Part shown: piece by piece, positions 1 to 11,494 of the stretch
Layout of the letters: each line of letters begins with the position of its first letter
How positions within the stretch are numbered: the stretch's first letter is position 1
Translations under genes and position numbers: made by a program
The notes under the pieces: generated by a model
The model's database searches: none
What the model saw: only the letters and a program-made list of their open reading frames with translations
What the model was told of the DNA's origin: nothing
Origin: Pseudovirgaria hyperparasitica
Lineage: Eukaryota
Length of the DNA stretch: 64,000 nt
NCBI GenBank assembly: GCA_010093815.1
Contig: ML996573.1
Reading direction: 5' to 3' (one strand)

Positions 1-431
1 GGTGTTCATATAGACTATTTACTAGCTGATTTGAACCTTATAACTAAGGCAACGGGAGCGGGACGGGACCTGTTTCTGGAATAGATGAGCCGGTATTTGC
101 CACGTGAGCGAGAGGGGAAGCGGGATAAGCGGGATATGACGGGGATGCAAATGCGGTTGGAATCCTTCGCGGACGCATCAGAAACCATATTTCTGGGGGC
201 CGAAGAGGTCTAGCTATTCGTATATTTTTGGCCTCTGATCACCTAGCCTAAGACAACTTCGAGATACCAAGCGGTAAAATGCAACTGCAGCAAAAGGGTA
301 TGTTGAACAAGCTAAGGGCGATATTGTACAGCTCCATGCTGCAACAAATGGCTATGATTGTCCAACTTGGAATGCGGGTAATGTTTTGCTCAGACTTAAT
401 TGCCATGTTCCATATATCGCTGGGGACACAC

Positions 432-3400
432 TTAATCTTCTTGCTGGTATGAGATCTTTCTCATCTCTCCAAGACGGGTTCGTGCCTGCGCAAGCGAATT
501 TTCCAGCTGCAGAATCTCAACCTGGAACCTTTGTTAGCAGATGGACTGAAGATAATGATTAGATCTCTATGGTCATGCAACATACCTGCTGTTCCATCTC
601 CTGTACTTTAAACTCATGTCCACTGAGCTTGCTGTAATCAACAACCTCGTTGTCATCACGGTTTCTTTGTGCAATAATCTCCTGGACCTGCCGTACAAGG
701 GACCTGCAGGCACTCGTCACCGCTTTACTGGCTGTTTCCAATCTGTCCTGACTCTTGCTCATGAAGGAGGCCTTGACTCTGCTGGCTGCGACGAGCTGTG
801 CCGTGCTGGCTGCGACGTCGTTACTAGCAACGATGAGCTGCTCGGGCGAATTGCGTCCACTGATGACGCCGTCGGCAGTCTCAATAAGCAGATTCGTCGA
901 CGATGCTACAGCCTTAGCTGCGCTGATCAACCCCTCTGTCCACCGGTTGTGTTTCTTGTAGAAAGCAGTTCGCGATGCAGCGCCACGACCTTCTCGTACA
1001 ATTTCTTGCTGCGATGCCGTCGCCGCCTTGATGAGCTGGGCGATTGCATTTGTGACAGCAATGGCGGCGGCAAGAATTGAGTCATGGATCTTGAGCTCGT
1101 AGGTGGAGTACGAGTCACGAGGCTTGTTCATGAGCTTTGTAAGTCGCTCCGTTGCAGCGTCAATGGCATTGGCAGCATTGGTGAGTTCACGGTCGACCAG
1201 GTCACCAAGATCTCCCTGAGCGTTAGTAATCTTGCTCTTGGGGGCAAATGCGTCGGCAAGCTTGGAGAGCTTTTGCAGATTTACTTGGACATCATTGTTG
1301 TTATTGATGACAACGTCTGTCTTTTGCAGTGGCTCCAGTCCCTCCAGGCGGAAGGACTGTAAGTTGCGGAAGAACTGTAGCGTAGAAGATGCAGCCTGTC
1401 TTGCAGCATTGATAAGTTGGTCTCCTTTCTTGTCATCCGAGGCAAAACGCGTAAGCCCCTTGGTATTGCTTAGAACATCGGCGATAGAGCCCGAAAAAGC
1501 GTTAACTGTGCGAATGATCTCAGCATGTCCGCTAGTAGCTCCATCGGCGATGAAGTTGTTGAAGGCCGTGGAAAACTCCATAGCGTTCTGTGACGCCTTT
1601 TCGATCTGCGATAAGACAAATGCGCCCGACGCGTTCTGGTTTCCAGCTTGCATCGAAGAGTCAAGCTCGTACAAAGCTTCGTCCACACGCTGCACTCCAC
1701 TTTGTAGTACCGAGTCGATGATATCATTGATGCGTTTGATGTTGTCAAGAATGAGAGAGTCGATCTGTCCGTCCATGGCTCTGTCCGTGTCACCCTGGCC
1801 TAACTTCAATTCGTTAAGCTCAAGAAGAGTTTGATCCATGCCAGCCTTGAAAATTTCCAGTTCCTCTTCCTTTTCACGAAGCTGGCGCTCCAGATCCGAG
1901 TCTCCTTCTCGATACTTCATGTGGAAATCTTCTAGCTGCCTGGTTTTGTTGCGGAGAGCTTCTTCAAGGTCGGCTATCTCCCGATTATGTCTCGAGAGCA
2001 TTGCCGAAAGCTCTGAGCCTTTTCCTCGTTCCGCGTTTTCGGCCCTCTCCATCGCGAATCGAAGCTCTCGCTTGAGCTTCTCCAGCTCTTCTTTGTGCCC
2101 ACCCTGGGAACGATCTTTGTCCAAGTATGCTTTGTCGCGTTCTCTAATCATATCTGCTAGCTCCAAGTTCTTCGTCTTCAGCTCACGTGAGAGCTTTTCA
2201 CGTGCATCAATTGCTTCCTGTGCTGAAGCCGCTTTTACTTGAACTTGCTTGAACTTCTGCAACAATTGCAAATGCTCGTGTCGAAGCTGCGAGTAAAGCT
2301 TGGCAAGAGCTTCATATTTAGTCCTCCAAGTGTTTAACTGCTCTTGAAGGGCACGGATTTGGTCATCTTTGGACTGCGATTGCTGTTGGAAATTTGCGTT
2401 GAGCTGATTCAGCTCCCCCTCCAGTGCTTTCATTCGCTGGTCGTATTGCGCAAGCATTAACTGATCCTGTTCGTATTGCTGCCTTGCACGAAGATTCTCC
2501 TGCTCCAACTCCGCAAGGCGACCTTGCGTCTGCTGTGCGTACTGATCACGAAGTAGCTGATCGTGAGCAAGACGCGCCTGTTCTTGCTGTAATCGTTGCT
2601 GCTCTTCAAAGTCTCGCTGGGCTTGGAGTGACTGCTGTTGCTGCAACCGTTGGGCCTCCTCCCACTGAGCCTGTAGCCGTCGCTGCTCGGCCTCATATTC
2701 ATCTTGCTGACGCTTCTGCTCGTTTTTCCAGAACTCGTTGATAGGCTCTGGATCGGGTGCATTGGATTTTGGAGGTGATTTAGGGGCTGCGACTTCCCGT
2801 GCAGGACGTGTGGGTAGCGCTGGAGCAGATTCATCTTCTGACAGTAGATTTGGAGGATCCTGTGGCAGCTTCGGGACTGTAATAAGGCTTGTGAGATACC
2901 TCAGATTAGAGCATTCGTAGTAGAATTTGACCAAGCGGTAGTGCTGCGCGTCGTAACGTCCTCTCAGGGGAGATAGAGCTTCATCGTCTCCCAAGGCTAT
3001 TTGATTTAGCTTCCAGTCCTTGATAAATAGTATGAATACATACTTGTATGCATGGCGCGAAGCATGCTTGTGATAAATTTGTATATACCATAGCTCTCTT
3101 GCACTAGCGGCACTAGTGCGGAGATACGGCACTCATTGTTCTGTCCGCTACGGAAGTGCGAGAAAATCAGTTTCTGGAAAGAGTCGATTTGGTCCTGCAG
3201 CGTCATAAGGTCTGAAATGGTTTCATAGCTTTGAAGATATGTATTAGCATTCTCCACTCGCGATGGAGTATGTACTTACCCCTCGTTCGGGTCATTGATC
3301 GATTTGAGACTAATGTATTCTTCATACTCGAATGTTCCTATTCAAGTTCAGTATAAGCTCTTCATTCACATATATGGGCCGTACCATTGAATTCCGGGTG

Positions 3401-4059
3401 CTGTCGATGGAAAGCGAGTTTAGCGAGGAGGAAATATACATATTCCTGAATCAATGGCATATACCCTATGATTATGAGCAGTCTGCCAGTATATATTTCG
3501 GAGATGATAGTACCTCTTAGGCCGTCCCCGCCTCCTGCACCTCGAGACAAACTTTCTATCCAATTGACATTGGCTTGCGCCTCTTTAAGTGCTATCGGAT
3601 GGCCTTCTTGTAGCACTTTGTGAATGGTTTGGAGGGCTTTGAATGTTTGAACCTCGTCAGCAAGGATTGGTTGGCTGTGTGTTGTAAGTCATAGCGCTTG
3701 AGGGGTAGCAGTGAGTGCGTACACTTTCATCCCAGCCCAAAACGATCCCGACGATTTATGGTCCCAAGTGTATACAATCGCGCTTCGTACATGTTTTCCT
3801 GTATTGTGTCAACTCTGAGCTGCTCGATCTTCGGTGAATAGGACTTCGCACTCTTAGGAGCTGTCTCATCTGGAACCATAAGTTAGCAGGCTACAGCTTC
3901 GTGGCAGTGAAGATAGCATACCAATACTTGTCGCTTTCCGAATGTTGATCGCAAGCTCGGATTCTTGCCTGGATCTGCATCAACTAGTTACTCTTGTATG
4001 ATAGATCTTGCAGCTCACTTGGTCATGTCCACATTGCGTGTGGACCCGTGGTAAGCCAT
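432..4059 (-). CDS. SLA2: Sla2/End4 (HIP1R-like) endocytic adaptor: ANTH + coiled coil + I/LWEQ (THATCH) domain; 10 exons
   Basis: Spliced N-terminus MAYHGSTRNVDMTK-QESELAINIRKATSIDETAPKRKHVRSAIVYTWDH (ANTH). Long Q/E-rich coiled coil. C-terminal FYKKHNRWTEGLISAAKAVA...EMEQQ|VEILQLE (I/LWEQ). GT-AG introns traced throughout; last intron 522-585, stop TAA 432-434. Confidence 0.97.
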
Positions 4060-4525
4060 CGAACAGGCGCGCTCGAGGCGCTGGACGTCGGGAGTGTTTG
4101 CGGAAGAATTGGATCGCGGCACCAGTACACAGGCACGGTCCTGCAGGTGATTAGATGGTTATATAAACGTTGACTGGTGGATGTGTGCGTAGAGCTCGAT
4201 GGCAATGTAGTTGTGAGGTCGGACTGCTCCTTGCACCAGACCGGAGCTTCGGTCGAGGTGACGACGATTCTTGGCATTACGCCAGCTCACACAGCCTGAG
4301 GTTCAAACCTCTTATCGGTCTCGCAGAAATGGATGAAATGATCATTACAGAATTTAACTCTAGATGCTCTCGTTCTGGTCGCCCAGAGAACTCCAAAATA
4401 TGCTATGTATATCTGCTCAGCCTGCGCCCCAAGGCCTCTCGTGGCTGTGGCCATGGAAAGTCAACCAAAACACCTACGCTATGCAACCAAATCTACAAAC
4501 CGCCCCTCGCATCATACGAGCGCTG

Positions 4526-5995
4526 CTAATGAAGTAGCTCGTCGTTTCCCACCATGTTTGACATAGGGTCTGCTGCTTGCCGACGCTTGCGCCTGTATTC
4601 GTCCATCTCTTCCTCCGTGATACCTGCAGCCATAACATCAGCCGTTCGTTTCCTCGATGTTGCATCAGCCGGGGCGGTTGCTTCATTTTGCTCTGCGCGT
4701 ACAACTTCGACGTAATTTTCCGGGGTTTCATTATGATCAAGCCCCAGACTTTCACCTAGTCTAAGGCGGCTCGCTTCCTCCAGGGCCGTCTTTCCCTCCT
4801 CGCCAGTACAATAGCTGTTCTTGACGAAAGAGTGGCAGCACGCATATCCCCATTTGAAATCTGACCACCAGCTTCCCCATACACTCGTGTGATTGTTGAT
4901 CAGTACGTCTTCGGGATACTTTGACTTTGCCTTGACCTTCGGCGCCCCCTTGATTCCTCCATGTTCGTCATATTCAACATAGCGTTCTGATTCGACGACC
5001 GCTGTTTCTTTCAATGACTTATCGGTGACTTCATCTTGTCCCCCATACTTTTCCAGTAAGGCTTTGTGATGGGCGAGCTTCTTGGCTTCTGCCTCTTGTA
5101 TTTCTTTCTTCCGTAAAACTTCTCCCGATGTAGGATTAGCCTGTAAATGTATCTTATTCTTGCCGCGCTGCTCTTGAGTCTCCCAGGCATACTTTTGAGC
5201 CCTTTCGAACTCTGCCGCATCCCCTGATGCTCTCATGAACCCCTCCTCCGCGACTAGAGCTGCAGCTTGATCCGATGTAGCTCCACTATCAACCATAGAG
5301 CGCGTCTTTGGATCATACTTGGCGGAATCTAGATCGAGATTGACTAAGTATTTTGCGGTGTCCTCTCGAAGGCGGAGGTTCCGTGTGCCCTTTGATTGTT
5401 GGCGACCCATTTCAGTCTCTTCTTCATACTTTGCGCCTTCGTCGTCCTCGCCCCCTTCCGTCAATGCTCTCGCTCCCACAGCCTCTCCTTGCGCGGCTTT
5501 CTTCATCGCCTCGAGTTGGTTGTACTCCTCGACTATTGAGGCGTACTCAGATGAATCGAAACCGTTCCAGCGATCTCTCTTAGCTTCCCAGCCAAGTTTA
5601 ACATCCTGTATGATCTCATCCGCTTGTATGTCCTTGCCAGTCCATTTGGCGCCTTGTTTTCGAGGTCGTTCCAGACAGTCTTTCGCCTTATGCGTCATAG
5701 CGCCACAGTTCTCACATGCACCTTTGCGATATTTGGTGGCAGCTGGTCCTGCCTTGCGCCCGCGATCGTACCATTTCGAATCTTCGGCCGCTTTTTGTAA
5801 ACGTTGATGCTCTAGGTAGTCGGCAGACTCGTCGATATCATTGACATAGAAGGGCTTCTTCGAAATGAAAGACGGAATATATTCTATCGCAAGATTAATT
5901 ATTAAACTCAAGCTGCTTGTAGGTAAGGACCGACCATTCTTTTCTTTGTTCGCCACGGACACGTCCACGCGCTTCTTGGGATTCGCTGGAGGCAT
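4526..5995 (-). CDS. SLU7: Pre-mRNA splicing factor Slu7; 2 exons (51-nt in-frame intron 5884-5934)
   Basis: [14 protein letters not shown] after splicing, zinc knuckle [49 protein letters not shown]...WGYACCH. Confidence 0.96.
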   Translation of the reverse strand: MPPANPKKRVDVSVANKEKNGRSLPTSSLSLIINLAIEYIPSFISKKPFYVNDIDESADYLEHQRLQKAAEDSKWYDRGRKAGPAATKYRKGACENCGAMTHKAKDCLERPRKQGAKWTGKDIQADEIIQDVKLGWEAKRDRWNGFDSSEYASIVEEYNQLEAMKKAAQGEAVGARALTEGGEDDEGAKYEEETEMGRQQSKGTRNLRLREDTAKYLVNLDLDSAKYDPKTRSMVDSGATSDQAAALVAEEGFMRASGDAAEFERAQKYAWETQEQRGKNKIHLQANPTSGEVLRKKEIQEAEAKKLAHHKALLEKYGGQDEVTDKSLKETAVVESERYVEYDEHGGIKGAPKVKAKSKYPEDVLINNHTSVWGSWWSDFKWGYACCHSFVKNSYCTGEEGKTALEEASRLRLGESLGLDHNETPENYVEVVRAEQNEATAPADATSRKRTADVMAAGITEEEMDEYRRKRRQAADPMSNMVGNDELLH

Positions 5996-6299
5996 TTTTG
6001 AGTGTGCACGCCACACCGCGCATGTGTGTGTCGGATCACTGTTGATAGAATAATGGTGCGATGGCCAGGCATTACCTCGCGGACTCGCGGAACCTTGAAC
6101 TTAGTCTGTTGCGATTGAAGAGGTCAGCCCTACGAAATGCCAAGCCGCTAATTGAACCATGTTACAACGCGTCGATGTCATGCAAGCGGACGCGATTTGC
6201 CTCATCAACAAAAACCAACGTTGATAACTACACGATCCCTGGTCCGTTGCGCTACATCATGTTATGCCGGCTCGTGGTCACCGCTTATTGGAGACTCGA
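5996..6299. promoter_or_regulatory. Compact divergent (probably bidirectional) promoter between SLU7 and REV3
   Basis: Head-to-head start codons about 300 bp apart; several CGCG/ACGCG elements, e.g. ACGCGT near 6167. Confidence 0.55.
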
Positions 6300-9200
6300 A
6301 TGGATACATTTCGATTCCGTTTGAACTGCCTGGACCATTACCAAGCGACCCCAACTGAGTTAGACCCGCAGTTATCTTCTGGTGGTGGTCTCTCGCAAAG
6401 ACACAATGCTCCACCTATTGTTGTCATTCGTGCGTTTGGGGCAACGGAGACTGGACAAAAAGTGTGTGCTCATATACACGGGGCTCTTCCTTATGTGTAC
6501 CTGAAATACGAAGGCAGTCTGGACGATGATGCTGGTTTGTTTCTTCTACATAGCATTGATTAAGGCTGACAATCGTCAGTCGACAGCTATATGCACGACT
6601 TGCGTATTTCAATCGATCACGCGCTTGCTACTAGTTACCGCAGGAATGCTTACGATGGGAAAGCCAAATTCGTAGGCCATATCACACTAGTAAAAGGGGT
6701 GCCCTTTTACGGCTACACTGTTGGGTATGAGTATTTTCTTAAAGTCTACATGTTGAATCCGACAAACATGACGCGACTAGCGGATCTTCTATCCCAGGGC
6801 GCTGTAATGAATAAAGTCATCCAACCGTTTGAGATGCATCTACAATTCCTATTACAATGGATGTGCGATTTTAACTTGTACGGGTGCGCCTATATCGACA
6901 GCGCAAAAGTCATGTTTCGCAGCCCGGTTCCCGCATACATGGACATGAATAGCCTGTCACACAAATGGCATGACGAATCGATACGTCCTGATTGGATATC
7001 AAACACTGAGAGCTTCCCCAGACAGAGTCATTGCTCCCTAGAAGTGGACATATGCGTTGAAGATATCTTGAACAGAAAAGAGATCCGACCAAGGCCCCTT
7101 CATCAAGACTTCATTGAAAGGTTCCACCAGATTGGTCCAGATGAAAAGTTTGTCAATTCTATGGCCAGTCTATGGCGAGATGAAACCCTGCGGCGAAAGA
7201 GGCGCATGGGTCTAAAGGACCCAGGTAGCAGTCCGTTCCCACCTGAAGTCTTTGTTTCCATGTCAGCAGGCCCTAGAAACACGGACAGTGGAGGTTGGAT
7301 TCATGAAGACGAGTTTCGTCAAGTCATCGAGGATTTGATCAGAGAAGAAGAGCAGAAAGGCTCCGACCCTGGCAGGAACTTTGAAAACTTTTTGGAACGA
7401 AATACCCTTGAGAAAGGGGTTCAAACTGCACTGGAAAGTGTAGCTGACCTGTTTTCTCATAACGTCCGCCGCGCTCGATTAGAGCCTCTTGAAAACTTCA
7501 CAGTCTCAGAGGCATCTTCGGATCGCACTCCCGAACATGTCAGTGACGATATGACCATCAATCTTGATAGAGAACCCGATGTGTATCGTTCAGAACTGGA
7601 GACGATTGGTGAAGAGCCGGGAAAGGGGATAGATTCTATGCTCGATGATAAGGTGATGCAGAATGGTAAACGCGTGCAAACTTCGCCGGCGAGAAATCGT
7701 GCTAAACGATCACGAATATCTACATCCGAACCGCTGTCTCCGAGTCATGCAGATATCAATGCTCGAGCGAACAATGATATAATGGCAGCAATATCATCAC
7801 AGAGTAGCATCAAATCCACAAAGGGGCCCACAACCTTCTCGTTCCCAGTCGTAAAAGACCCAAACGACCCGGAAACCAGATTACGATTGAGCCAGCGTGA
7901 ATTCTCTAATTCGCAAAAGGCCCCACAGACACCTGCGTCAAAGATCATTCAGCAGTTTTCCACCCCGGCGGCGACACGAACTCCTTGGGGTCTCTCGATG
8001 GAGCTTACCCCTCAATCTAATAGGTCTCACACTAAGCTGTCGTCCGAAGCCGCTCAATTAGTAAAACACTTACAAACAGGGTTGATAGGAACCTCTAGGT
8101 CCTATTCCCTCTTCTACGGTTTCTTGCCTCCTTCATCGAGTCTTGTTGAGTCATCGATGATAGACTATGGCGTTCCGCCGACAATTTACCAAGATGCATA
8201 CTATGGCGATGAGAAAGACGTACCAGATCGCGCACGTGAGTACGCAGGGCGAGAGTTTAGATTACAAAGTACAACTATACCTTTCCTCCCTGCGTTCGAT
8301 GCTAGCGGAACTTCATCAGCTTGTCGGGGCGAAAACTCTCCGGTACTTGTGGATAAGATCACGGAGGAGCTGCGGCATTCTCGTCGTCGTCATGGATGTA
8401 GCTACCGATGCTGGGAATATGCTGAGTCGCCTCCTGCGTGTAAAGAGGTAGAGAAGTGGACGAGGGAACAGCTTTACGCACGCAAATCCGATTTAAGTCC
8501 TATGGGCTCAGGCTCGACATCGAGCACACTAGGGCAGGCTAACGTTACTGTGCGGAGCGATCCTTCACAAATTGAAGGCCCAACTCAGAGAAACAAGCAT
8601 GGCTTTAAGTTCTCCCAAAATAAAGCCTCTACGAGCGTTCTGCATGAAACGCAATATATGAGCATCATGAGTTTGGAAGTACACGTGAACAACCGTGGTT
8701 CTTTGGTTCCAGATCCTGCAGAGGACGAAGTGGCCTGCATATTCTGGTGCCTTCAATCAGACGATGACGGGGTTGCTAGCTCGAACGGCTTACGAACTGG
8801 GGTGCTCGCGTTGTCCAACAACGTGCAAATATCTGAACAGATTCGTGGCTTCCTATCGCCTGATATCGAACTTGAGACCGAAAACGACGAACTAGATCTG
8901 ATAAACCGCATGGTTGATATTGTTCGAGAATGCGACCCAGACATTCTGACTGGCTATGAGGTGCATAACGGATCTTGGGGCTTTCTCATTGAAAGAGCTC
9001 GACTAAAGTATGAATTTGACATCTGCGATGAATTCTCTCGTATGAAGGCACAGTCTCATGGTCGTTTTGGGAAAGAAGCCGATCGGTGGGGTTTCACACA
9101 TACTTCGACCATCCGGATTACTGGCCGGCATATGATCAACGTATGGCGAGCCATGAGGAGTGAACTCAACCTGCTACAGTACACTCTCGAAAACGTAGCG

Positions 9201-11231
9201 TTCCATCTACTACATAAACGCATTCCTCACTACCACTATTCAGACCTTACCAAATGGTATAAAAGCGGTCTACCAAGCGACGTCGCAAAGACGACCACGT
9301 ACTTTCTAGATCGGATCCGCCTCAATATCGACATCTTGGAAGCAAATGAACTGGTCGCCCGCACGAGCGAACAGGCGCGCCTTTTGGGGGTAGATTTCTT
9401 TTCAGTCTTTTCTCGAGGGTCACAGTATAAGGTGGAGTCACTGATGTTTCGTATTGCAAAGCCGGAGAATTTCATTCTGCCGTCTCCGACACGAAAACAG
9501 GTTGGGCAGCAGAATGCTTTAGAGTGTCTACCCTTGGTAATGGAGCCACAAAGCAATTTCTACAGCAGCCCTCTCCTTGTCCTGGACTTCCAGTCTTTGT
9601 ACCCCAGCGTCATGATCGCATATAATTACTGCTATTCGACCTGCTTGGGACGTATCGTCAGCTGGCGAGGACAGAACAAGATGGGTTATACCGACTTCAA
9701 ACGCGCACCAGGACTGCTTCCTTTAGTCAAGGACTATATCAACGTTGCACCAAATGGTATGATGTACGTCAAACCGGAGATGCGCAAATCTTTGCTGGCC
9801 AAGATGTTAGGAGAGATCTTGGAAACAAGAGTGATGGTGAAGAGCGGAATGAAAGTAGACAAGGATGATAAAACTCTCCAACAGCTTCTCAACAACAGAC
9901 AACTTGCCTTGAAGCTGATTGCAAATGTCACATATGGCTACGCATCTGCGTCTTTTTCTGGTCGCATGCCTTGTTCAGAAATTGCGGACAGTATTGTGCA
10001 GACCGGGCGAGAGACTCTCGAGAAAGCTATCGCTTTGATCCATTCTGTCGATCGATGGGGCGCCGAAGTAGTGTACGGCGACACTGACTCACTCTTTGTC
10101 TACCTAAAAGGCAGGACAAGGGATCAAGCGTTCAAAATCGGCCACGAGATCGCTGCAGCTGTCACCAAGGCCAATCCTCGTCCTGTCAAGCTAAAATTCG
10201 AAAAGGTCTATCATCCCTGCGTACTTATCGCCAAGAAGCGCTACGTGGGCTTCAAATACGAATCACCTTCACAGACCGAGCCCGATTTCGACGCTAAAGG
10301 TATCGAGACCGTCCGTAGAGATGGAACTCCTGCAGAGCAAAAGATCGAGGAGAAAGCACTGAAGATGCTGTTTCGAACAGCTGATCTCAGTGCAATCAAG
10401 GGCTACTTTCAGAGCCAATGCACAAAGATCATGTCTGGCCGCATCAGCATCCAAGACTTCCTTTTCGCCAAAGAAGTCAAGCTTGGCTCCTACTCCGACA
10501 AAGGCCCACCACCACCAGGTGCACTTCTCGCCACAAGACGCATGCTCAACGATGCACGTACAGAACCACAGTATGGCGAGCGCATACCATATGTCGTTGT
10601 CAGCGGGGCGCCCGGCGCTCGACTCATCGACCGGTGCGTTGATCCGGAAGTCCTCCTCCGTGATGACCACTTAGAACTTGACGCCGAATACTACATTTCT
10701 AAGAATCTTATCCCGCCCCTCGAGCGCATCTTCAATCTTGTGGGCGCGAACGTCAGACAGTGGTTTGACGAGATGCCGAAAGTGCAACGCATCCGCAATG
10801 TACAACAGCATCAAGCAGATGAGATGGAACAGCCTATTCTTAAGAAGACTATGGAGAGCTACATGAAAAGTTCGTTATGTATCGTATGTCGTGCGAAATT
10901 GCCGCCGCCCACAAACGAGCAGGAGAATAATGCTAACTCTCGAATACCGCTTTGTGACGCATGTAGCAGGTTTCCCTCGCGCTCTCTGCTGACGCTGCGG
11001 AGACGTATGCAGAAGGCGCAGACCAGAGCGCAAGATGTAGAGAGGGTGTGTAGAAGCTGTGCTGGTCTCACATTTGGTGAGGAGGTACGGTGCGATAGTC
11101 GAGACTGTCCGGTGTATTATACGAGGGTCAGGGAACGATCTGGGTTGGCTATGATACAGGACACAGTTGGAGTCGTTGTTTCCGCGCTGGAGACGAGTGA
11201 GATGGAGAAGGAGAAGGACCTTGAGTGGTGA
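6300..11231 (+). CDS. REV3: DNA polymerase zeta catalytic subunit (family B translesion polymerase); 2 exons (intron 6535-6579)
   Basis: N-terminal MDTFRFRLNCLDHYQ...CAHIHGALPY; PolB motifs VLDFQSLYPS, KLIANVTYGY, VVYGDTDSLF; C-terminal Cys clusters CIVC..CDAC and CRSC..CDSRDCP. Confidence 0.98.
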
Positions 11232-11494
11232 GCAAGTCTTTTCGGCCTGTGTTGACGTAACATACTTGTATTTTTACATATATGTATTACGATCAATTCA
11301 CGGTCCAGGGTCACATGAACATTTCCAAGTTGTTGAGATGTACAGGCCGCCGGAGGGCACAGCCTTGTTGGCGGGGTAATGGAATCATCCATACATGCGA
11401 GCAGGATGTAACAGTGGCACTTCAACCCCACGTCATATTGAAACGTACACTTACCTCCCAAACATCCCCGAAAGAAGTCTAGCAGGTTGTCGAA

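Noticed and set aside
616..2920. Multiple plus-strand ORFs overlapping SLA2
   Set aside because: Antisense shadows of a conserved coding sequence with no recognisable motifs.
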